From Octopus sinensis (taxonomy: Eukaryota): 64,000 nucleotides of DNA. Shown here piece by piece: positions 51,191 to 64,000 of this stretch. The position numbers and the translations under genes were made by a program. The number at the start of each line of letters is the position of its first letter. Position 1 is the stretch's first letter. The DNA lies in assembly GCF_006345805.1 (NCBI RefSeq), contig NC_043022.1, positions 22,816,001 to 22,880,000 on the forward strand, read 5' to 3'. The notes below the pieces were generated by a model. It saw nothing but the letters and a program-made list of their open reading frames with translations. It was not told the origin of the DNA and searched no databases.

Positions 51191-51717
51191 ATAGTTGAAG
51201 GATGATCAATTTATTGCAGGTAAACTTTCAATAAAATCTGATTTGGACCCCTTTCCAAGGGTCATGTGGTCCACAGTTGAAAACCACTGCTCTAAGGTGA
51301 TAAGTGCAAGTGCTGAGTGGGGGTAAAAGATGGGGTTTTACCCAACTGCCTGTACTCGTAATTAATGAGTGGAGGTGCTGAGTAAAGTGTAACTCAGGAC
51401 TACACACACACACACACACATATACTCCTTGCTATTAAATGTGTATCATTGTTAAGTGATCAATACAATTGATCTCAGAATATTACCTCAGCTTTTTGTC
51501 TTTTTTCCCTTTGTTCTTGTGTGTGTGGGTGGAGAGAGAGAGAGAGAGAGAGAGAGGAGAAGTGGGGCACAAATACCTGTTACCAATACACACATACATA
51601 TACATGTATATATGTTCACATACATTTATGTATATACATACAAACACACACACATATATATATACACACATATATCTATACAGATATATGTGTGTGTATG
51701 TACTTATTTGTTTACTC

Positions 51718-51752
<35 letters not shown>

Positions 51753-52189
51753 GCTTTCTTCTTATACATGTTTATGCCTATTTCTATAGTCTTTTCTTAT
51801 AAGAAATTGGTGTCCTGAGAGAGAGAGAATGAGAGAGAGGGAGGAAGGTGGTGGTAGCAGTGTGCCTGTGTGTGTGTGTGTGCCTGTGTGTGTGTGTGTG
51901 TATGCGCGTGCACGCATGTTTACCTCCGCTGAGTGACTCAGAGCAGAGCAAGTAGCTCTCGCTCGTTTTGTTATTTTTCAGAACAACGGTGGTTGAGATG
52001 AACAGATTGGAGGTTAGGGCGAAGACAGGGTTATTGTGAGGGACAAACTGGAGTGGGAGGGGGGAGGGCAGGGGAATGAAAAAGAAAAACAGTGGTGGAT
52101 GCACACACACACACGCACACATATACATGTATATGCATATATATTTATACACACTTATTACATACATATATATCGTGAGAGTGCACAAT

Positions 52190-52442
52190 AAACAAATATA
52201 TATATCTGTATAATATATATATATATATATATAATCATATATATATATATTATATATGTATATATAATATATATATATGTATACTATATAGATATATATG
52301 TATAATATATATATATATATATATATATAATGTATAATATATATATATTATATTTATATATATAATATATATATATATAATATATATATATATATAAATA
52401 TGTATAATATATATATATATATATGTATAATATATCTATATA

Positions 52443-52480
<38 letters not shown>

Positions 52481-53930
52481 ATAATATAATATAATATATA
52501 TCTATAATGTTATAATATATAATATATATAGAATGTATAATATATATATTATCTTTATAATATATATATATATATACATAATATATATATATATACTAAT
52601 ATATATATAATATATATATAATATATAATAGATATAGATATATAATATATAATATATATATATATAATATATAGATTAATATATAAATATAATAATATAT
52701 ATATATAATATATATATAATAGATAATATATAATATATATAGATATTCAATATATATAGAATATATAATATATAAATATTATATAATATATAATATATTA
52801 TAAATATATAATATATATATATAATATATAATATATATTATAATTATAATAATATATATAATAATATATATAATATAGATATTAATATATAATATATATA
52901 TATAATATATAATATATATATAATTATATATAATATATAATATATATTATATAATATATTAAGATATAATATATATATATAAATATATAATATTATATAG
53001 AATATATATATATATAGTAATATATATATATCATATATAAGATAGATATAATATATATATAATATTATAAATATATAATATATATATTAATATCTATAAT
53101 ATATATATAAATATATATATAATATAATATTATATAGATAATATATATAATATATATATATAAATATTAATATATATAATAATATATAATATATATATAT
53201 AATATATAATATAAATATATATAAATTATATAGTATAAATATATAATATATATATATAATATATATAAATATATATAATATAAATATAAAATATATAGAT
53301 ATATATATTAAAATATAGATATATATTAATATATATATAATATATATATTAATATATAATATATATATATATATATCTAAATATATATAATTAATATACA
53401 TATATAGGATATATATATCAATATAGATATATAATATATATATAATATATAATATATACATATATAGATATATAAAATATATAATAATATTATATCATAT
53501 CTATATATATATATATATATATAAAATATAATAATATATATAGATTATATAGAGAATATATAATAAATATATATAATTATATATATATAATAATATAATA
53601 TATATATATATATATATAATATATATAATATATAGATATATATATAATATATAATATATATATATAATATATATATAAATATAATATATTATATATATAT
53701 ATTATATATATAATATATAGAATGATAGAATAGATAATATGATATATAATATATATTATAAATATAATATCTATATATATAATAATATATATAATAGATA
53801 TAATATAATATATAAGATATATATATAATAATATATAATATATATATAATATATATATATATATATTATATATATAAATATATATATATCTATATATATA
53901 ATTTATATAATATATATATATAATATATAT

Positions 53931-53962
<32 letters not shown>

Positions 53963-54141
53963 ATATATATATATAATATATATAATATATATATAGAATA
54001 TATATAATATATATAATATATATATATATCATATATATAATATATATAATTATATATATAATATATATATAATAAATATATAACATTATATACATAAGAT
54101 ATATAAACATATATATACATAATATATAGATATAAATATAT

Positions 54142-54175
<34 letters not shown>

Positions 54176-54508
54176 ATATATATTATATATAATATATATA
54201 ACATATATAACATAATATATATAACATATATAATACATAATATATATAACATATATATACATAATATATATTATAATAATATATATATATATATTATATA
54301 TAATATCTATATATATTATATATAATATATATAATATATATATGTATATACTATAATATATATATGTATATATATAATTATATATATATATAATATATTT
54401 GTATATATAATATAGATATATATATATATATGTATATATATATACATCTGTATATATATATACATATGTATATATATATATACATATGTATATATATATA
54501 TACATATG

Positions 54509-54544
<36 letters not shown>

Positions 54545-54665
54545 TACTATGTATATATATATATATACATGTATTATATATATATACAATGTATATATAT
54601 ATATACATATGTATATATATATATACATATGTATATATATATACATATGTAATATATATATATAT

Positions 54666-54705
<40 letters not shown>

Positions 54706-54715
54706 GGTGTAATAT

Positions 54716-54763
<48 letters not shown>

Positions 54764-55050
54764 GTAATAGATATATATAATGATATATATTATATATGTA
54801 GTGAGATGGGTGGCACATAAAACAAATATATTGATATTATTATGAGGGATAAACAGGTGTACATTATATATATATATCATATATATAATATATATAGATA
54901 TATATATAATATAATATACACATATATATAAACAGGTGTATATATTTATGTATGTATATATATATATATATATATAATAAACCTTTACATCTATAAATAT
55001 AAATAACGTGAAATACACGAAGGAATATATATATATATATATATATAATA
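52190..55050. repeat. ~2.9-kb imperfect (AT)n tract (others at 16130-17200, 42345-43070 and 43635-43885)
   Basis: Read directly from the sequence. Confidence 0.95.
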
Positions 55051-55056
55051 TATATA

Positions 55057-55059
<3 letters not shown>

Positions 55060-55100
<41 letters not shown>

Positions 55101-55800
55101 TAGATAGATAGGTGTAGGAAGAGAATGAAATAAGAGAAGGACAGAGTGTGATGGACGTGAAGATGAAGATGCTGAGAAGATTGCAGTGAAAGGTAGGAAA
55201 ATAGAGAGAAACGAAACAGACGAGTAAAGAACAGGTGAGAGTAAGGTAAATAAAGCAGGGAGAAAGAGAGCGAGCGAGGAAGGAATGAAAGAGAATAATA
55301 CTGAGAGAGTGAGGGAGGGAGAGAGATGATAGTGATGATGATGATGATGATGATGTTGTAAAGGAAAATATATGGAGGAGGGAGGAGGAGGAGAAATAAT
55401 ATTGAATAGAGTGAGAAAGAGAGAGAGAGTAAGAGAAGTAAGAAGAGGGGGAGTGATAGGTGGGAGAGAGGCTATCTTTAGCAAGGATTTCCCTCGTGAC
55501 TCACAACAGATTGCTGTTGCGATTCCATCCACGCTTGAAACGTGAATTTTGTCAACGAAACGTCGAGCGGGAGAAATAGATGCAGGGTGAGACAGAGAGG
55601 GAGAGAGAGAGAGAAATAGAGAAAGAGAGAGAGGGGGAGAGAGAGAAATAGAAAAAGAGAGAGAGAAAGAGAGAGAGGGGGGGAGAGAGAGAGAAGGGGT
55701 GAGAAACAGAGAGGTGAGAAAGAGCTAAAGAGAGAGAGAGAGGGGGGCGAGAGGAGATAAGCAGATAGACACATAAGGAAGGTGAGAGAAAGAGATGGAG
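55060..55800. repeat. Polypurine (GA-rich) tract upstream of the LIM exon
   Basis: Read directly from the sequence. Confidence 0.85.
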
Positions 55801-56082
55801 TGGTTGAGTATGTGAAGTGAAGCAGTATGGTAAAAAGGAAGGACAGCTGGAAGTAGAAGCAGCAGAGAATGTTAGCTTGTTTATTTGAACAACAGCCATC
55901 CTCTGTCACGTTCATCAATTCTTCTCTGCTACCTACATGTTTTCTCTTTGTGCATACACGCACACAGCATGTCCTCATGTAGGTATGCTTCCTGTCTATC
56001 CGCCGTCTCTCTCTGACAACACTGACCTTGTGTATTTATCCTGGTTGATTTTTGTCTGTCCACACAAGACGAAAAGCCAAAT

Positions 56083-56466
56083 ATGTGCGCTGCTTTAGTG
56101 GACAGACATTTCCATCACGATGACAGATCTGCCAGTCGGATGGGAATTGACATTTGTAGTAACAAACGAGACACGGTTAGCCACCGGAGCGGGTCCTTGC
56201 AAATTGATCCGTGTTTTCGTTGTCTTAAACGGGTGTATCCGTTGGAGAGAATCGACGTTGGTGTTCTCTTCCATCGGGGTTGCTTCCGTTGTCGTGTCTG
56301 CAACCTACAGCTAACGTTGAGGACCTACCATTGGGACCAATACAATGAACCGGATATATACTGTGTTAGCCACGTGCCAAAGCTTGTCGGAACCATTGAC
56401 AGCGAATCAATGGGGATTAAAAGTGCCGTGAATGCCCCTCGTGGTAAAAACAACATCAACGAACAG
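56083..56466 (+). CDS. hil: Coding exon with one LIM domain, hillarin/LTD-1-like N-terminus; rest of the gene not found in the window
   Basis: Translation shows the LIM pattern C-x2-C-x16-H-x2-C-x2-C-x2-C-x20-C-x2-H (56212-56373), followed by VPK...SMGIKSAVNAPR, which by recall resembles Drosophila Hillarin (YCSSHVPK...SVGIRQALNVPR). Ends at CAG|GTAAGT (phase 0, GT at 56467). A pyrimidine tract plus AG at 56067-68 may be the acceptor. The symbol comes from recalled similarity, not a search. Confidence 0.75.
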
Positions 56467-58743
56467 GTAAGTTGATACTTGCTACCTGATGCTTACCTGA
56501 TGTTTGTATTTCCATGTCAGTCTGTTTTTCTCAATTATCTTTCACATGATGTGTTTGTTATTATTATTATATCACTGATCGCCTGCACGGGTCGGAGACA
56601 CTGAGGGGAAACCCTGTTTTAATTCGATTGTCTGTTTAAAAATAATAATAATAATAATAATAATTTTTTCTACTATAGGCACAAAGCCTGAAATTTTGGG
56701 TGAGGTGGGGTTAGTTGATTACACCAAGCCCCAGTATTCAACTGGTATTATGGTTATCGATCCCGAAAGGATGAAATGAAAAATCGACCTCGAATAATGT
56801 TTTTTGTTTTGTTTTGTTTTTTTAAATTCACTTGTGATAACATCTATACCTTGTAATAACATCAATTAATTCTCCAGAAATTAATTCAAATGCATTTGGC
56901 AAGTTCGGGGTTTAACCTGCCTCGTCCCCGTCTCCCCCGCAGCTAAAACAACAAAACAAAACAGTTACATATTTTCATTTATCTGACAGAATATATATAG
57001 AAAATTTTAAAAAACCTTGCAAATGAGAGGTGGCAAAGAATCGAAGTTATTTAAGTAGAATGATTTAAATGTTGACATTTATAAATGCACGACCGAGGAT
57101 GTAATTAATGATGAGGTTGCTTAAATATTGAAACTAATATAATAAAAAAAAATAAAAGAAAATAAAATAAAAGCAGTCCTGTCTTCCCGCATTTTCATGT
57201 TCCGCCAAAAATTCTAAATGAATTATACCAGCCTCTATACTGAAACAAAACGTGACACCCCCACTCTCTACCGTACCGCTACCACCATCACCTCCACTGC
57301 ATTAATGATTGATCGATCTATCGATCTAAAGTTCCGTCTATAGAAATCTGTCATTCTGTTGATTTTTCTCTGTTCAGTCAGTTAGCTGTTCTCGGAAAGT
57401 TCTACCTGTGTGCGTGTGCGTGTGTGTGTGTGTGTTGTATGCGGGCGCAAGTTGTGTGCGTGTGCGTGTGTTTGTGTATGAGTGTATTATTTGCGTGTTG
57501 TGTGTGTGTACGTGTGTTGCGTGTGAATGCATGTTTGTGCGTACGGGCGTTTACATGTTTGTGTATGTACATGTGTGTGTGTGTGTATATGCGTATGCGC
57601 GCATGTTTGTATGTGTGTGAGACAGGGAAACATAGAAAAAAAAAAGGAGAGAGAGAGGTGGGATTAGCACAGCGTATGGTTAACTTGTATTTTAACTGGG
57701 GATATTACAGCGAAAAAAAAAAAAAAAAAAAGAAAAAAACCTGTCAGAAAATAAATGAATGAATGAATGTACATGCTCACCTGGATGGATAAACAACCGA
57801 ATCTACTGGTTTCCCTTCAAAGCATATAACTGATTAATGGAATTAAAGAAAAACTAACAGTTTGTATCGTTTAATTTTACCATTAAACTAATAAAGGGAA
57901 AATTACAGACACCAGATTCCCTAGCTATTCTCTCCTAAATCTCATCGTTTGCTGCTAACGTTTTTGGTTCCCGTAGTTATAACATAACATAACCTGTAGA
58001 TGGACATGTAATAGGCAGAGAGAATGTGTTAAATATTTTTAGAAGAGCTACGACGTGAGAGGGGTGTGTGATGATCATGCCTTTCTCAACGGTTATAGGA
58101 ATAAGAAATAAGAAACAATGATTTTTTTTTAATATTTTGCTGACCACGGAATTTATAATAAAACAACAATGGAAAGGAAACTGGCAAAATTTCTTGAGAA
58201 ATAACAGTATTTTCTTACACCCGAACATGTATAAATACATTTATAAAAGCGTGTGTGTGTAGTATTAATAATAATCGGGAGAAATTAAACAGTGACTCTA
58301 GGGCACGGAGTTTCGTTTATTGGCACCTTATCAAACTGAGCGACTGCGTATGTGTGCGTGCGTACACACACCCACCCTTTTACTATGTTCGCTCGTTGGA
58401 CCCCAGCCATGCTGGGGCACCTGATTCTAGGATTTTCCTCATTTAAATCGACAATCAGGTATTTGTTTCTTGAGCACCTTGGTAGAATGTGATACCCGCA
58501 CGAACACATACACACATGTGCTTATATACACTTGCACACATATTCGTACACACACACACACACACAGTCACTATATAAGGTGTGTTCGTACTCAATAATC
58601 ATATACCTGTAAACAACAAATATTAGCAGAAGCTGTTGTTGTTGACACGACTAGATGGATGTGAAGGAGGAGGGAGACAGAGATATGAGTCTGAGAGAGA
58701 GGAGGGATGATAAACATGCACAAATAGATAGACGGGTAGATAA

Positions 58744-58788
<45 letters not shown>

Positions 58789-58912
58789 CGGGTAGATAGA
58801 TAGAAAGATAGACGGGTAGATAGATAGAAAGATAGACGGGTAGATAGATAGATAGATAGATAGATAGACGGGTAGATAGATAGATAGATAGACGGGTAGA
58901 TAGATAGACGGG

Positions 58913-58956
<44 letters not shown>

Positions 58957-58999
58957 CGGATAGATAGATAGATAGACGGGTAGATAGATAGATAGATAG

Positions 59000-59032
<33 letters not shown>

Positions 59033-59967
59033 CATACATACATATACATACATACATAGGAAAACAAACGAATGTGTTGAGATAGAGAAATACTGGAAAT
59101 AAGTGTCTATGTATATATATTTTTATATGAACGAGTATTTGTATATACATATATACTTGTATTCATGTATTTATCTATCTGTTTTTCAATATATAAATAT
59201 ATATATATATATCTTTTTCAATACATACATATATATATATTTGTATGTATATATATAATATGCATGTTGTGTGTTTATGTATATCTTTGTATGCTTATGT
59301 GTATATCTATTTATCTATCTATCTATCTATCTATATATATATATAACAAAGTGGAATTGTAAGGTACTACACGAGTGGAATTATATATGAAAGAAGGTTT
59401 GAAAATGCAATTTTAAAAGATGTTTATTTACGTGACCGGTTTCACTATTTTAGAAAAAGATTGTCAAAAGTAACATGTAAAAGCTTTGTTGTGTTAGGTT
59501 GTCACAAAATATTACAATATATATATACATTCTTTGATAATAATAAGAACATGTTTAAAAACAGATTACAAGGGGAAAATCTTGGGAAAATATATAGTTG
59601 TGTGCTTGTGTGTATGTATAATTACATATGTGTAACAGATATACTTACAGAGTAAGGCAAACAAATATAGAAATATAAATTGTTAAAACAATTTTAGATT
59701 ATCTTCTCTGTGCTATTTGTGTGGGGAATTCCTGGTGAGATTTGAACCAAGTAGCTCACGCACTGAAAATTGTAGTTACTCAAAAGACATCAGTGAGAGT
59801 TATTTGGCAGAACTCAATTGTAGTGACTCAGTGTATGACTGGTATCATTTTGAATATTAACTTTAAATAGAACTCAATCAGCAGATTTGTCTGAGAGAAG
59901 TAAATAGATGGCTACAAGGTAAAAATTAAATATCAAATGGATGTCTTATAAAATTATTCCGACATAC

Positions 59968-60269
59968 AATAATTTTATAAGACATCTGGGAGGAATTACA
60001 ACCGTGTTTTGTGGTCTGCTACCACAACAGCTCCTTTATAGGATCTAATTAGCTCAAGACATCATCAGGAGGAACCACATCCAGTTTCGGCCCCTACTCC
60101 TCTACCATTTTGGCCCCGCCACGTCAAAACAGTAGAGAAGTAGGGGCCGAAACCGGACGTGGTTCCTCCTGACGATGTCTTGAGCTAATTAGATCCTATA
60201 AAGGAGCTGTTGTGGTAGCAGATCACAAAACATGGTTGTAATTCCTCCAGGATGTCTTATAAAATTATT
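59968..60269. repeat. Long inverted repeat, ~144-bp arms
   Basis: Arms pair with scattered mismatches around a ~13-nt loop (60112-60124). Confidence 0.9.
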
Positions 60270-60998
60270 CCAACATCCAATAACAGCCATACCAACAATC
60301 CAACATACCTCCATCACCGGGGCAGTACCACTCAATCCGGCAGTGTTGTTTGGGAACAGACATACCTTAGATTTGACCATATTCATTCAATCTTAATTCT
60401 AGGAGGGATTAAACACTGGCATTATTAATTAAGCTACAACAAAGAAACACATTTACCCCATGTACAAAAACAGTATCTGTCAGTTTTGGTGGGAATTTTA
60501 AAAAAATAATTATCAACATGGGCGTAGGAGTGGCTGTGTGATAAGTAGCTTGCTTACCAATCACATGGTTCCGGGTTCAGTTCCACTGTTTGACACCTTG
60601 AGCAAGTGTCTTCTACTATAGTCTTAGGCTGACCAAAGCCTTGTGAGTGGATTTGGTAGACATAAACAGAAACTGTAAGACACTCATCATGTGTGTGTGT
60701 GTGTGTTTGAGTGTGTGTATGTGTGTGTGTGTGTGTCTGTCCCATACCACCAGTGTTGGTGTGTTTACAGCAAATGATTCTGATAAAATTAGTACCAAGT
60801 CTTAAAAAAATTTTAAAATACGTACTGGGGTTGATTTGTTCAACTCAGCTTCTTTAAGACAGCATGGCCATAGCCTATTGACTGAAACAAGTAAAAAAAC
60901 AAAAGAGAAAAGATTCTGTCAGGATCAGAACAGAAAGAGATCATACTGTATACCCTTTAGAAAACAACACTTTCCAAGCCCATTACAAAACATCTCTC

Positions 60999-61395
60999 GG
61001 ATCTTTTCGGTTTGAACGGCAGTTTTTTAACATAATTTCTAGGTAACTAAAAAATTTTAAACTTCGTATACTGGTAGAATGTGTTTATAAAACATCTTTT
61101 TCTCTTGGCTTTATTGAGAAAATTCTATAGTTTGTAAGATATTTGTTGTTGTTTTTCTTCAATTTCTGCAATTTCAACCAATCACTGACATCTATTGAGG
61201 TGAAAAACATTCTGTGCCATATGAATATGTCCCTCATTTAAGACGCAGATTGGGTTTATTTACATTTGTGAAGAAAAAAAGATACCCCCCCCTAACCCTA
61301 ACCCTAAAACAGATTGAAATGCAATAGATCAATACTAGGGTCATAATTTCATATGACACCGCTAGAAAAAACTGCCGTTCAAACCGAAAAGATCC
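60999..61395. mobile_element. MITE with 29-bp perfect TIRs and an 8-bp TSD, Merlin-like
   Basis: TIR GGATCTTTTCGGTTTGAACGGCAGTTTTT and its exact reverse complement; CATCTCTC at both 60991-98 and 61396-403. Confidence 0.85.
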
Positions 61396-61825
61396 CATCT
61401 CTCTATCATCCTTTATAAAATCGTATGCTGTAACACCCATTTATCATCATCATCACCATTTAACGTCTGTTTTCTACATTGGCATGAGTTAGACAGTTTG
61501 ATGAAATTGTCACAGGATTGTTCCAGGTCAGCTTTGGCATGGTTTCCATGGCTAGATGCCCTTCCTAACGCCAACTACTTTACAGCACACACTGGGGTGC
61601 CTTGGGCATGGGAAGGAGGACACCGGCACTTGTAGGGTTGTCAAGTAGCTTGCAAGATAGGAAAGAACAAGAAAAGGAAAAAAAAAAAGGAAAAGCCTTC
61701 TTAAGTAAGTTGGGGGAGTATTTGAGTGGATGGAAAGGTGATTTTTTGATAGGGATAAGCAGAAGTATCTTGCCAGAGAGAAGATACATGGCTACCAGCA
61801 TTGGATTAACCATTAAGCAAAATTG

Positions 61826-62161
61826 AGACCCCCTTCGGTCATGACTGACCATGGGATTGCACCTAGAAAGTTACCCTCCCAGGCACAAGTCTGGGCAAGG
61901 TTGTTTATGGAAGACCAGCAGTCGCCCATGCATACCGGCCTCCGCTCTCCATGCCACCAGTGTTATCCAAGGGAAAAGCAACAGCAGATACAGCTTGGCA
62001 CCTGTGACATCACAACTCATTTCTACAGCTGAGTGAACTGGAGCAACGTGAAATAAAGTGTCTTGCTCAAGAACACAACACGCAGCCCGGTCCAGGATTC
62101 GAACTCACAATCTCACGATCGTAAACTCGATGCTCTAACCACTGAGCCATGCGCCTTCACT
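61826..62161 (-). mobile_element. Full-length SINE family C: tRNA head plus MetaSINE-like central domain
   Basis: Minus-strand head GTGAAGGCGCATGGCTCAGTGG...GTTCGAATCC, then GTTGTGTTCTTGAGCAAGACAC. Relatives at about 46615-46890, 47245-47560, 48735-49170 and 49322-49600. The MetaSINE label is from recall. Confidence 0.7.
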
Positions 62162-62313
62162 TGATTAAACAAAATAAGGACATGCTTATGGCATCAAGGG
62201 AGAGGGTGGCATACACAGAAATGGTAAAAAGTTTATGGCACAAACGAAATCACTTTAAACTTGCTAAAATAATATTCAAATTATATGACCAGAAATATAA
62301 TTTCGAAGTGGTT

Positions 62314-62738
62314 TATATACTCCTTTACACCTTTACTTGTTTCAGTCATTTGACTGCAGCCATGCTGGAGCACCGCCTTTAGTTGAGCAAATCGACCCCA
62401 GGACTTATTCCTTGGAAGCCTAGTACTTATTCTATCGGTCACTTTTGCCGAACCGCTAAGTTACGGGGACGTAAACACAACAGCATCGGTTGTCAGGCAA
62501 TGTTGGGAGGACAAACACAGACACATAAACATATACACACACATATGTATATATATATTTATATATACATATATATGACGGGCTTCTTTCAGTTTCTGTC
62601 TACCAAATCCACTCACAAGGCTTTGGTCGGCCCGAGACTATAGTAGAAGAGACTTGCACAAGGTGCCACGCAATGGGACTGAACCCAGAACCATGTGGTT
62701 GGTAAGCAAGCTACTTGTCACACAGCCACTCCTGTGCC
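62314..62738 (-). mobile_element. Full-length tRNA-derived SINE (family A) with a 32-bp flanking direct repeat
   Basis: On minus: A-box-like TGGCTGTGTGAC, B-box-like GGTTCAGTCCC, central AT/GT microsatellite and an (AAAG/TAAAG)-type tail. Confidence 0.85.
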
Positions 62739-63326
62739 TATATGACCAGATATATAATTTCGAAGTGGTTCATGGAGTCATAGTGAAGATCTGAATTAAA
62801 ACCTTGCAATTAAAAAAAAGTTGGAGAAAACTTTTCAAATAGGCACAAATGTGGCTGTGTAGTACAAAGCTTGCTTCCCAATGACGTGGTTCCGGGCTCA
62901 GTCCCACTGTGTGGCACCTTGGGCAAGTGTCTTCTAATATAGCCTTGAGCCAACCAAAGCCTTGTGAATGGATTTGGTAGATGGAAACTGAAAAAAGACT
63001 GTTGTATATGTCTATCTGTCTGTCTGTCTATGTATGTATGTATTATATGTGTGTGTTTGAGTTTGCCCCCACTGCCATCACTTGACAACTGATGTTGGTA
63101 TGTTTATGTCCCCAGTTTGGCAAAAGAGACCAATAGAATAAGTACTAGGCTTACAAAGAATAAATCCTGGGTTCGATTTCTTTGACTAAAACCCTTTAAG
63201 GTGATGTCCAGCATGGCTGCAGTCAAATGACTGAAATGTGTAAAAGAATAAAATATAAATAAAATAGAAGTATACAAAAACAGAAAATAAACATTATTTT
63301 CCATCTTGCTGTTAGGATCACCAAGC

Positions 63327-63578
63327 ATAGATTGGCGTATTTCGGTCATATTATGTGGAGAAAACCCCTGGAGAAGGACATCATGCTCGGAATGGTCAGT
63401 GGCAAGAGAGGAAGAGGCCGACCAAGAACCCGCTGGCTTGACACCATCAAGAGGGATACCGGAATGGACATAGCCAATCTGAAAGAAGCGGCCCAGGATA
63501 GAACTGACTGGAGGACACTGATCCAACGAGTGACCGAGAGTCGACTTCGACTGAGCGGATAGATAGATAGATAGATAG
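63327..63578 (+). mobile_element. 3' end of a BovB-like RTE with an (ATAG)n tail
   Basis: YFGHIMWR...LEKDIMLGMVSGKRGRGRPRTRWLD...AQDRTDWR, then a stop codon inside the tail. Confidence 0.85.
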
Positions 63579-63869
63579 TTAGTTTTGTGTCATTTTGAAA
63601 TAAATTTATTTTATGGGTTATTTGTGTTTATATTACATACAAGCAAGATGCCCCCCGTCCAATGGACGGTGCTGAGTTGTCAAACATTTAAACCAAATTT
63701 TCTTAAAACAACTTGTCCGACCGTCCCATAGGCCTCCCCTTTGAGAAACACTGATTTAACCTAAATCTGAGACACCAGCAAAAGAAGAAATAAAGATAGA
63801 CTTTTTTTCTGTTTTTAAAGTACCAGTAATGATAAGGCTGTTGACTGGGAGAACACAAACATGGTTTAA

Positions 63870-64000
63870 CCCTTTCGTTACCAACCCGGCTGAAACCGGC
63901 TCTGGCTCTGTAGTACAAATGTCTTGTTTTCATAAGTTTTGAATTAAAATCTTCCACCAAACTTTAGTCACAATTTATGTTTCTAACACTAGCTGAATGA
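63870..64000. mobile_element. Second copy of the piggyBac-type MITE, cut by the window end
   Basis: TTAA|CCCTTTCGTTACC followed by sequence nearly identical to 45321-45450. Confidence 0.85.

Noticed and set aside
59425-59490. Minus-strand GAAACCGGUC with an ACCGGU palindrome
   Set aside because: Suggestive 3' half, but no recognisable CUGANGA or stem II; too decayed to call.
60140-60180. Type II hammerhead from GAAAC...CTGACGA
   Set aside because: Only CCTC lies between the putative cleavage site and the core, so stem I cannot form, and the stem II strands do not pair.
61602-61826. 74-aa Lys-rich ORF as a downstream exon of the LIM gene
   Set aside because: No recognisable motif or convincing splice sites; the lysines come from an A-run.
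62085-62161. tRNA gene (also other SINE heads)
   Set aside because: A/B-box-like heads run directly into SINE bodies and occur in many diverged copies.

Overview
AT-rich eukaryotic DNA dominated by repeats. The tRNA-derived SINE families, RTE 3' ends and microsatellite density resemble an octopod cephalopod genome (inference). Only one convincing host coding exon is visible: a LIM-domain exon resembling the N-terminus of hillarin (56083-56466, + strand, clean GT donor). Mobile elements include a young 5'-truncated RTE LINE with a PHD-type zinc finger inside its reverse transcriptase (RT), a Penelope-like remnant cut by an assembly gap, an R4/Dong-like RT fragment, maT and mariner remnants, Merlin-like MITEs (8-bp target-site duplication, TSD) and piggyBac-like MITEs (TTAA), a Helentron-type element and dozens of SINEs. 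Structural features include a near-identical 1.87-kb tandem duplication, 16/24/91/128/199-bp tandem arrays and several long palindromes. The most interesting pattern is a set of type I hammerhead-ribozyme-like motifs on both strands whose stem III is a self-complementary palindrome that differs between families. Nearly all other ORF-track entries are translations of microsatellites or SINEs. Coordinates were read by hand; repeat boundaries are approximate.
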